From NCBI GenBank assembly GCA_937858435.1, contig CALLZJ010000359.1, positions 1-44,973 of the forward strand: a stretch of 44,973 nt of DNA, written 5' to 3'. Shown here one piece after another: positions 17,236 through 24,795 of the stretch. Made by a program: the position numbers and the translations under genes. Under the pieces are notes generated by a model. That model was not told where the DNA came from and searched no databases. It saw nothing but the letters and a program-made list of their open reading frames with translations. Position 1 is the stretch's first letter. Each line of letters begins with the position of its first letter. Origin of the DNA: an uncultured bacterium. GTDB lineage: Bacteria; Planctomycetota; Planctomycetia; Gemmatales; HRBIN36.

Positions 17236-18225
17236 ATGCCGAGTCAGACGCGGATCGAGCGGGTTCATCGTCGCGGCTTCTTGCAAGCCGCAGCGGGAGC
17301 GACGCTAGGACTGGCGAGCGTCGGGCCGCTGCGGGCCGCCGCTCCGGATCGACAGCGCGTCCTGCGCGTGGCCCACCTCACCGACGTCCACGTGCAGCCG
17401 GAGCGGAAGGCCGACCGGGGCATGATCGCTTGCCTGCATCATGTGCAGGAGAGGCAGCCCAAGCCCGACCTGATCCTGTTTGGCGGCGACTGCGTCATGG
17501 ATGCCTTCGCCGCCCGGCGCGATCGCACGCGCCTGCAGTGGGACATGTGGCAGCGGGTTCTGCGTGCCGAGAATGGCGTGCCCCATCGCGCGGCCATCGG
17601 CAACCACGACATCTGGGGATGGAACCAGGCCAAAAGCGAGGCGACCGGTGCCGAGCCGGACTACGGCAAGAACTGGGCGGTCGAGGCCCTGGCCGTGCCC
17701 CAGCGCTACTACCATTTCACCCAGGCGGGCTGGCATTTCATCGCTCTGGACGGCGTGCAGCCCGGCGAGCGGCCGGGCACCTACTCCGCCTACCTGGATG
17801 AGGAACAACTCGATTGGCTCACCGGCCGGCTCAAGTCCATTCCCGCCCAGGAGCCCATCCTCATCTGGTCCCATATTCCGCTCGTGTCGGTGATGCCCCT
17901 CTTGAGCAAACGGCAGACGCCGACGAGCAAGATGGAAGTGGGAGCCGGTTGGGTCCACACGGATGCGGGCCTGGTGGCCCAGCTTCTGGGCGGCTTCGCC
18001 AACGTCAAGCTCTGCCTCAGCGGCCACCTGCACCTGGTCGATCACTGTTTCGTGCGCGGCGTGAACTACCACTGCAACGGCGCGGTCTCTGGCTCCTGGT
18101 GGAAGGGACCCAACGAGGGCTTCCCCGAAGGCTACGCGGTTGTCGACCTCTACAGCGACGGCACCTACGAACTGGAGTACGTCGCCTACGGTTGGCAGGC
18201 GGAGCCGGAAGAGCCCAAGCGCTAG
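17236..18225 (+). CDS. Tat-signal metallophosphoesterase (329 aa)
   Basis: GGGGAGG SD. Twin-arginine signal HRRGFLQAAAGATLGLA. Calcineurin-like motifs LTDVHV, GGDCVMD, GNHDIWGW, SGHLH. Confidence 0.85.
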   Translation: MPSQTRIERVHRRGFLQAAAGATLGLASVGPLRAAAPDRQRVLRVAHLTDVHVQPERKADRGMIACLHHVQERQPKPDLILFGGDCVMDAFAARRDRTRLQWDMWQRVLRAENGVPHRAAIGNHDIWGWNQAKSEATGAEPDYGKNWAVEALAVPQRYYHFTQAGWHFIALDGVQPGERPGTYSAYLDEEQLDWLTGRLKSIPAQEPILIWSHIPLVSVMPLLSKRQTPTSKMEVGAGWVHTDAGLVAQLLGGFANVKLCLSGHLHLVDHCFVRGVNYHCNGAVSGSWWKGPNEGFPEGYAVVDLYSDGTYELEYVAYGWQAEPEEPKR

Positions 18226-18238
18226 CACTCGGCATCGC

Positions 18239-19198
18239 TCACCGGCGCAGGACCTTGATGTCCGTGTAGACCAGGTAGTGATCGGAGAGCCGCGCCCGGA
18301 AGGCCGCCTCATCGCCCAGGTGATGGGTCTTGAGCGTGGTCTGCTTGGCATCGGCGAAGGCCGGGCGCTGCTCGGGGACGAAGATGCGGTCGAACGGAGC
18401 CGCGGGAAAGTCGCGTGACGCGATCCACGTCAACTGATCTTCCTCATTGAGATGGCGGAAGCCGGCATGGCTGAGTCGGCTCAAGGCCCGTTCGGTGTGC
18501 TTGAGGCAGTTGAAGTCGCCGAGCACAACGATGTCCTCATCGCGGAAGCGCTGCTTGACCGCACCCAGGGCGTGGACCAAGCTGAGCGTCTCGGCATCGC
18601 GGATGGGGGCCGTCGCCTCCGGGCCGCCGCGGTTGGACTTCAGATGCACGACGATCAGGACGAAGGAGTTGGCGTCAGGGCCAGCGGAGAACTGGACGGC
18701 ATAAGGCGGCCGCCGCCACGCCTCGGGCTGGCCTTCAATGCGATAGATCGGAATGGGCCAAGGGCCATCCTGCCGCCGCAGCCGACTCGCATTCCAGGCC
18801 ACGCCGCACAGTTGATCCCGATCGGCACTTCCTTCCCGGGGGAAAAGCACGTGCCGCCACTCCTGGTCCGTACGCTCCTTAACCAGGCGTAGGGCCTCCA
18901 CGAGAGTGTCATTGCCCGGTCCCTCGGTGGTGTCCGTGTTCCAACTGATCTCCATGAGCCCGACGGCATCGCAGCCGCTGTGGATCAGGTAGCGGGCGAG
19001 GTCGTCGGGGGCCTGGGCCAAGCGATTCTCCCGCCGGCCTGGCTGGCCCAGCCATTCGATGTTCCACGAGCCGATGCGGATCGTCTCGGGTTCGGCTGGA
19101 CCTCGGTGGGCCCAGGAAAGCCCGGGGAGGAGGGCTAGCAGGACCGGCAACAGGCCCAGGAAAGCTCGGCGTGACAGTCGGCCCCAATCTCGACTCAT
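18239..19198 (-). CDS. secreted endonuclease/exonuclease/phosphatase (EEP) family protein (319 aa)
   Basis: N-terminal SRRAFLGLLPVLLALLPGLSWA signal, then IRIGSWNIEWLG, VVHLKS, VVLGDFN and a C-terminal SDHYLV motif typical of the EEP fold. Confidence 0.85.
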   Translation of the reverse strand: MSRDWGRLSRRAFLGLLPVLLALLPGLSWAHRGPAEPETIRIGSWNIEWLGQPGRRENRLAQAPDDLARYLIHSGCDAVGLMEISWNTDTTEGPGNDTLVEALRLVKERTDQEWRHVLFPREGSADRDQLCGVAWNASRLRRQDGPWPIPIYRIEGQPEAWRRPPYAVQFSAGPDANSFVLIVVHLKSNRGGPEATAPIRDAETLSLVHALGAVKQRFRDEDIVVLGDFNCLKHTERALSRLSHAGFRHLNEEDQLTWIASRDFPAAPFDRIFVPEQRPAFADAKQTTLKTHHLGDEAAFRARLSDHYLVYTDIKVLRR

Positions 19199-19226
19199 GC
19201 GTCTCTCCCAACGCTACAATGCGGAC

Positions 19227-20072
19227 ATGGAAACCATCGCGAATCTGAACGGCACGATTCTGCCCCTTTCGGAGGCTCGGGTCCCTGTACTTGACCGTGG
19301 CTTCCTCTTCGGCGACGCGGTCTATGAGGGGTTGCACCTGGGCCGGGGGCGAATCCGCTTCCTGGAAGATCACCTGGCTCGCCTCCGCCGCAGCCTGGCG
19401 GAACTGGCCATTACCGGCGTCGACCTCGATCGGCTCCGTGAGCGTCTGGAGGAAACGGTCCAGGCCAGCGGCTGCCAGGAAGCCTTCATCTACATCCAGA
19501 TCAGCCGTGGCGTCGGGCCCCGCCGGTCCCATGCCTTCCCGGACCAGTGTACACCCACCGAGTTAATATTTGTTGAAGAGTTTCGCGATCCCTTCGCCGA
19601 CGCCCGGCAGCATGGCGGCCGCGCCGTCACGTTCGCCGACTGGCGTTGGCGGCGCTGTGATATCAAGACCGTGAATCTACTCGGGAACGTGCTCGCGGCT
19701 CAGTTCGCCCGAGAGCAGGGGGCATTGGAAGCCATCTTGATCCGGGACGATGGCACGGTCACCGAGGGGACCCGCACCAGCGTGTTCGGCGTGGTCGCAG
19801 GGCAAGTCCGCACGTATCCCCAGAGCCCAGCCATTCTGCCGGGCGTGACGCGCGGTTTCGTCCTGCGGCTCGTTCGCGACCTGGGTCTGCCGCTGGAAGA
19901 GCGGCCGCTCCAGCGGGACGAGTTGCCACGACTTGAGGAGTGCTTCTTCACCGGTACGACGGCCGAGGTGTTGCCCATCGTGAGTATTGACGGTCGGCCC
20001 GTGGGTGAAGGCCAGGTGGGCCCGATGACGCGGCGGTTGCAAGCGGAGTTCCGCCGCCGGGTGGACGACTGA
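19227..20072 (+). CDS. class IV (D-amino-acid / branched-chain) aminotransferase (281 aa)
   Basis: METIANLNGTILPLSEARVPVLDRGFLFGDAVYEGL start, CDIKTVNLLGNVLA (PLP Lys region), EGTRTSVF, LPGVTRGFV, FFTGTTAEVLPI. Length matches D-alanine aminotransferases. Confidence 0.85.
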   Translation: METIANLNGTILPLSEARVPVLDRGFLFGDAVYEGLHLGRGRIRFLEDHLARLRRSLAELAITGVDLDRLRERLEETVQASGCQEAFIYIQISRGVGPRRSHAFPDQCTPTELIFVEEFRDPFADARQHGGRAVTFADWRWRRCDIKTVNLLGNVLAAQFAREQGALEAILIRDDGTVTEGTRTSVFGVVAGQVRTYPQSPAILPGVTRGFVLRLVRDLGLPLEERPLQRDELPRLEECFFTGTTAEVLPIVSIDGRPVGEGQVGPMTRRLQAEFRRRVDD

Positions 20073-20149
20073 ACGGGTTCGGCCAGATACTGGGGAGTCA
20101 GACCGGGCCGGAGTCGGACCGGCCACCCCCGGGATAAGCCCATAGAATG

Positions 20150-20251
20150 CTTGGTCAGGGAGCAGGCCCCACGCGCACGGCCCGAGAGCCGTGTCGAGGC
20201 GGTTTGGCCAGTGCTCCTCACGTTTGCCGCCAAGTCTCCAGGAGCCGTGCC
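20150..20251 (+). promoter_or_regulatory. structured 5' leader of metK; candidate riboswitch or translational attenuator (class not assignable by eye)
   Basis: Nested pairings: CTTGG(20150-54)/CCAAG(20230-34), GGAGC(20159-63)/GCTCC(20213-17), hairpin CACGGC(20176-81)/GCCGTG(20188-93). Alternative pairing GCTCCT(20213-18) with the SD AGGAGC(20240-45). Confidence 0.3.
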
Positions 20252-21505
20252 GTGGGCAGTGCCACCCATCTTTTCACGAGTGAATCCGTTAGCGTGGGCC
20301 ATCCCGACAAGGTGGCAGATCAGATCAGCGATGCCATTCTCGACTTCTGCCTCCAGCACGATCCGCTGAGCCGCGTGGCCTGCGAGACCCTGGTGACGAC
20401 AGACTACTGCACCCTGGCGGGCGAGATCACCACCAAGGCGCCGCTGACCCGGGCGGCGGTCGATCGGCTGGTGCGCGAGGTGGTCACCGAGATTGGCTAT
20501 GTCGATCCGCGTATCGGGTTCGCGGCCGATTCCGTGCAGGTCAACAACGTGCTCCACGCCCAATCGCCGCACATTGCCCAGGGCGTGGACACGGGCGGGG
20601 CCGGCGATCAGGGGATGATGTTCGGGTTCGCATGCGATGAGACCCCGACGCTCATGCCGCTGCCGATCGACTTGGCCCATCGGCTGGTCGCCCATCATGC
20701 CAAGCTCCGCCGGGCGGGCCAGCTCAAGTGGCTGCGGCCGGACGCCAAGAGCCAGGTGACCGTCGAGTACCAGGCGGACGGCACGATCCAGCGCATCCAC
20801 ACCGTGGTGCTGAGCACGCAACACGACGAATCAGTGATGACCAAGAAGGATGGCAAGGACTACTTCACGGACGAAGCCCGGCAGTTGGTCATGGATCAGA
20901 TCATCATGCCGGTGCTCAAGGCCGACCGGCCCGATTTGATCAAGGGCAAGCTGGTGATGGTCCGGCCCGGTGAGGCTGGCGCGAAGTTGGCGGATGGGGA
21001 CATCGCCTGCCACATCAATCCGACGGGCTGCTTCCTCGAAGGCGGGCCCCATGGCGACAGCGGCCTGACCGGACGGAAGATTATCGTCGACACCTATGGC
21101 GGACGGGGTCGGCACGGCGGCGGCGCGTTCAGCGGCAAGGACCCGACCAAGGTCGACCGCAGCGCCGCTTACATGGCTCGTTATGTGGCCAAGAACATCG
21201 TGGCGGCCAAGCTCGCTCGGCAATGCGAGGTCCAGGTGAGCTATGCCATCGGCTACCCGGACCCGCTCAACATCTGGGTCAACACGGCCGGGACCACCGC
21301 TCCGGGCGTGACCGAGGAGCAACTGGTCGGACTTATTCGGGAGCACTTCCGCCTGACGCCGCGCGGCATCATCGAAAGTCTGGACCTGCGTCGGCCGATC
21401 TACCGCTTGACGGCGGCGCATGGCCATTTCGGGCGGGAGTTGCCCGAGTTCTCCTGGGAGCGGACCGACAAGGCCGGAGCGCTGGCGGCCGCGGCGAAAC
21501 GGTAA
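20252..21505 (+). CDS. metK: S-adenosylmethionine synthetase (417 aa)
   Basis: [88 protein letters not shown] 20252 chosen because AGGAG lies 7 nt upstream and it gives the canonical N-terminus. Confidence 0.95.
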   Translation: MGSATHLFTSESVSVGHPDKVADQISDAILDFCLQHDPLSRVACETLVTTDYCTLAGEITTKAPLTRAAVDRLVREVVTEIGYVDPRIGFAADSVQVNNVLHAQSPHIAQGVDTGGAGDQGMMFGFACDETPTLMPLPIDLAHRLVAHHAKLRRAGQLKWLRPDAKSQVTVEYQADGTIQRIHTVVLSTQHDESVMTKKDGKDYFTDEARQLVMDQIIMPVLKADRPDLIKGKLVMVRPGEAGAKLADGDIACHINPTGCFLEGGPHGDSGLTGRKIIVDTYGGRGRHGGGAFSGKDPTKVDRSAAYMARYVAKNIVAAKLARQCEVQVSYAIGYPDPLNIWVNTAGTTAPGVTEEQLVGLIREHFRLTPRGIIESLDLRRPIYRLTAAHGHFGRELPEFSWERTDKAGALAAAAKR

Positions 21506-21530
21506 GAGCGGCCGCAGTAGGAAATCAAAG

Positions 21531-21560
21531 GGGCCGGCCTCGACGCACGAGGACCGGCCC
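21531..21560. terminator. GC-rich hairpin between convergent metK and a lipoprotein gene (possible bidirectional terminator)
   Basis: GGGCCGGCCTCG-ACGCA-CGAGGACCGGCCC (12 bp with one bulge), followed by TGGTTCATTT on the plus strand. Confidence 0.4.
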
Positions 21561-21588
21561 TGGTTCATTTACACAGTCGAATGCGGCA

Positions 21589-21741
21589 CTAGTTGCCCGA
21601 GGTCGGGGTCGTGCCAGCCGGCTGGGTCGCCGGCGCGCCGCCGCCACCCGCGCCACCCGTGGGGGTCGTGGGCTTGTTTTCGCAGCCCGCGGCGCCGATG
21701 ACCAAAGACAGACCGACCAGAAGGGCACAGAGCTTCTTCAC
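21589..21741 (-). CDS. small Pro/Thr/Gly-rich lipoprotein (50 aa)
   Basis: GTG start preceded by GGAAGG. Signal and lipobox KKLCALLVGLSLVIGAAG-C, then a low-complexity PTTPTGGAGGGG tail. Confidence 0.5.
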   Translation of the reverse strand: MKKLCALLVGLSLVIGAAGCENKPTTPTGGAGGGGAPATQPAGTTPTSGN

Positions 21742-21820
21742 GATTGGACCTTCCTTCAAGAGAAACCACGAAACAGAACACTCAGGATGCACATGACCCT
21801 GATGTGAAGCACGCGCGAGT

Positions 21821-22144
21821 CTAGCTGGGTTTGGTTGGAGCCGGCGTCGTGGGCGCCGTGGCCGGCGGCGTCGGAGCGGGCGTGGTCTCGGTGGCCGGCG
21901 GGACAGGTGGCGGACCGGCCGGGGCCGGCGCCGTCGTGGTCGGCACGGTGGGCTCAGGCGTCACGCTTGGCATCGTCACCGGCTCTTCGAACGTGGGCCG
22001 CGGCACCGCCCGAGTGGCCTGCGTGGCCGTCGGCGTCGTGGCCTTCGTGCCGGTGGTCGTGGGGATCGGCCGCCGCTGACACGCCAAGCCGGCCAGGCAG
22101 AACCCCAAGATGCACACGCTAAGCAGCCACCGGCGCCACGCCAT
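21821..22144 (-). CDS. Pro/Thr-rich lipoprotein (107 aa)
   Basis: Signal and lipobox MAWRRWLLSVCILGFCLAGLA-C, then a PT-rich low-complexity region. Confidence 0.55.
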   Translation of the reverse strand: MAWRRWLLSVCILGFCLAGLACQRRPIPTTTGTKATTPTATQATRAVPRPTFEEPVTMPSVTPEPTVPTTTAPAPAGPPPVPPATETTPAPTPPATAPTTPAPTKPS

Positions 22145-22354
22145 ACGATTCAGTTCCTAACCAGAAAAGCTTTCGACAATCAGTAAGATGACCGCAGAAG
22201 CGTTTTATTCCCCGGGCCTCGGCTTTCTAGATGGTCGCCGCGAAAATCCCGCGCCTGGCCGGCGAAAAAGGGATAGCAGGCAGTGGCGCGGTTGTCGACG
22301 TTCGCGGCGTGGAATATTCCTCCCCGCCGAGCATCATACAAGGCAGAGGGCATC

Positions 22355-22879
22355 ATGCACCGCCCGGCGTGCACCATCGAGCACCTGGTGACGTCGCACT
22401 ACCAGTCCGTCTACCGCTATGCGGTACGGCTGGCGGGAGTGCCCGGCGATGCCGAGGATCTGACTCAGGAGGCGTACCGCATCGCACACGAGAAGCTGCA
22501 TCAACTGCGGGACGCCGACCGGGCCCGGCCCTGGCTCTTCAGCATTGTGCGCAACCTCTTCCTGCTGGCCGGCCGCCAGCGGCAGCGGGGAGGATGGGTC
22601 TCGCTCGATGACGTGGAAGCGCCTTCCGCACCGCCTCCGCCCCTGGAGGCGGTCGATCCGGCGGAACTCCAGCAGGCGCTCAACGACTTGCCCGAAGAGT
22701 TTCGGACCCCGCTCATCCTGTTCTACTTCGACGAGTGCAGCTACCGGGACATTGCCGACCAGATGCAGGTGCCGCTGGGCACGGTGATGTCGCGGCTGGC
22801 GCGTGGCAAGGCTTACTTGCGCCGGCGCTTGGTTCCACTAGAAGCGGCCCAGACGGGGACGGTGTGCGATGGAATGTGA
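22355..22879 (+). CDS. ECF-type RNA polymerase sigma factor (174 aa)
   Basis: Sigma-2 (YRYAVRLAGVPGDAEDLTQEAYRIAHEKL, PWLFSIVRNLF) and sigma-4 (LILFYFDECSYRDIADQMQVPLGTVMSRLARGKAYLR). Confidence 0.85.
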   Translation: MHRPACTIEHLVTSHYQSVYRYAVRLAGVPGDAEDLTQEAYRIAHEKLHQLRDADRARPWLFSIVRNLFLLAGRQRQRGGWVSLDDVEAPSAPPPPLEAVDPAELQQALNDLPEEFRTPLILFYFDECSYRDIADQMQVPLGTVMSRLARGKAYLRRRLVPLEAAQTGTVCDGM

Positions 22880-23600
22880 AGTCGTCCGGCTGCTCTTGAA
22901 TCTGCGGCCGGGCCAGCAGGACGCCTGGACGGCTCGGGATGAAGCGGTGCTCGATCGGCACCTGGCTGGTTGCACGGACTGTCGGCACTTGGCTCAGGCC
23001 CTGCAGCACGAGCATGAAGTCCTGAGCCGGGCGATGTCGGACGTTCCCATTCCGCCCGACCTGCACGGCAAGCTGCTGCAGACCGTGGCCGCCGCGGAAC
23101 GGGGCTACCGGCGGCGCCGACTGCTCTGGTCGGGAGCGGTGGTCGCTCTGGCCGCCAGTCTCATTTGGGGTGTCATGGTTTTGCGGCCCGGGCCAGCCAC
23201 CCCACCCGTCGACTTGCAGTTCGTGCAGCAGTGGGCCCGGCTCCGCTGGCTGCCCACGACCCCGGCCACGCCGGCCGACGCTCTCCGCTTCATCCGCGAA
23301 GCCATCGGCACGTCGATTCCCCTTCCTCCCGACCTTTACCACCGTTGGGAGTTCGGCCACCTGACGGCCGTCTACTTCGAGTTCTTCGGCTCCCATTGTG
23401 TGCCGGTTATGGAGTTTCGCAACCAGAATTCGCATGCCTTGGTCCTACTGCTGCGGGCCGACCAGTTCGACCCCGATCAGTTGGCAAGCTTCGACTCCCG
23501 TGACGATCGCCGTAGCGGTGTCTTGCAACCGGCCCCGGGCGACCATTACACTGCACTGGTGCTCATGCGGCAGGGGTCGGCCCTCGATCTGCTCAAGTAG
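22869..23600 (+). CDS. zf-HC2 anti-sigma factor, single-pass membrane protein (243 aa)
   Basis: Overlaps the sigma gene by 11 nt. HLAGCTDC (Hx3Cx2C) motif. TM segment LLWSGAVVALAASLIWGVMVL. Confidence 0.75.
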   Translation: MECEVVRLLLNLRPGQQDAWTARDEAVLDRHLAGCTDCRHLAQALQHEHEVLSRAMSDVPIPPDLHGKLLQTVAAAERGYRRRRLLWSGAVVALAASLIWGVMVLRPGPATPPVDLQFVQQWARLRWLPTTPATPADALRFIREAIGTSIPLPPDLYHRWEFGHLTAVYFEFFGSHCVPVMEFRNQNSHALVLLLRADQFDPDQLASFDSRDDRRSGVLQPAPGDHYTALVLMRQGSALDLLK

Positions 23601-23635
23601 GCTGTCCCGCCGCCCCCCGGACTCGGGAGAGTGGT

Positions 23636-24616
23636 ATGCACCGGCGTGGCTTTCTCGGCACCCTGGCGGGCACGGCCGCCCTGGCCTGCACCATGGACCC
23701 GCAGACAGCGGCCGCTGCGGCTCGGCTACCTGAGCCGCCCCCGGCGGGGCCGAGACCTCCGAATCGGATCGGCGTCTCCACCTATTCCTTCTGGCAGTTT
23801 CGGCGGGACGAACTCCGCGACGTCGGCCGCTGCATCGACCTGGCCGCCGACATGGGCTTCGATGCCGTCGAGATCCTCCTCCGCCAGCTCACGGACGAAA
23901 GCCAGGCCGCCTTGCAGCGGATTAAGACCCGGGCCTTTCGCCTCGGCCTCGACCTGTGCGGCTTCTCCACCCACCAGTCCTTCCTGTCGCCCAACCCGGA
24001 TGAACGCAAGAAGAACATCGCGCTGACCAAGCACCAGATCGAACTGGCCTATGCCCTCGGTATTCCCACCATGCGGGTCAACACCGGGCGCTGGGGCACG
24101 AGCAAAGACTTCGATGAGCTGATGAAGAACCGTGGCATTGAGCCGCCCCTGCCCGGGTTCCAGGACGAGGATGGCTTTCCCTGGGTCATCGACAGCCTGA
24201 CGGAGTGCCTGCCCACCGCGGAGCGATGCGGTGTGGTGCTCGGCCTGGAGAACCACTGGGGACTGGGGCGGACGGCGGCGGGCGTGCTCCGGATCGTGCG
24301 GGCCATCAACTCCCCCTGGCTGCGGGTCACGCTCGACACGGGGAACTTTCTCGAAGAGCCCTATGAACAACTCGAGATGCTTGCCGGTGACGCAGTGCTG
24401 GTCCAGGCCAAGACCTACCAGGGGGGCGGCCTCTGGTACTCTCTCGACCTCGATTATCCACGCATCGGCCGCATGCTCCGCCGTCACGGCTACCGTGGCT
24501 ATGTCTCGCTGGAATATGAAGGTAAGGACGATCCGCTGACAGCCATTCCCCAAAGCCTGGCCCTGTTACGTCAGACCTTCGCGGGACCCGAGGGGCTGTG
24601 GCCTGGGCCCGATTGA
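23636..24616 (+). CDS. Tat-signal sugar phosphate isomerase/epimerase (xylose-isomerase-like TIM barrel, 326 aa)
   Basis: MHRRGFLGTLAGTAALA twin-arginine signal. Also GFDAVEI, LGLENHWG, TLDTGNF, YRGYVSLEYEG. Confidence 0.85.
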   Translation: MHRRGFLGTLAGTAALACTMDPQTAAAAARLPEPPPAGPRPPNRIGVSTYSFWQFRRDELRDVGRCIDLAADMGFDAVEILLRQLTDESQAALQRIKTRAFRLGLDLCGFSTHQSFLSPNPDERKKNIALTKHQIELAYALGIPTMRVNTGRWGTSKDFDELMKNRGIEPPLPGFQDEDGFPWVIDSLTECLPTAERCGVVLGLENHWGLGRTAAGVLRIVRAINSPWLRVTLDTGNFLEEPYEQLEMLAGDAVLVQAKTYQGGGLWYSLDLDYPRIGRMLRRHGYRGYVSLEYEGKDDPLTAIPQSLALLRQTFAGPEGLWPGPD

Positions 24617-24795
24617 GTCCGACAGCGGTCCGCAAGATCGTTCCAGCCGGCACCGCAGCGTCAGAAATGAGAGCTGGGGCAGGGGCAAAAACTGCTCGCC
24701 TTCGAAATTTGATTGTTAGTTCAATTCCCACCCGTTAAAGTGGAATGCGATCGTAAACCATTACGCCTAGGTCACGTGCATACGGGGAGGCGGTC

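Noticed and set aside
20150-20251. Assignment of the metK leader to a specific SAM riboswitch class
   Set aside because: I could not find the conserved cores of SAM-I/IV (GCAACC, kink-turn) or SAM-II/V (AAAGCU triplex strand) by eye. Only the generic competing-helix architecture is reported.
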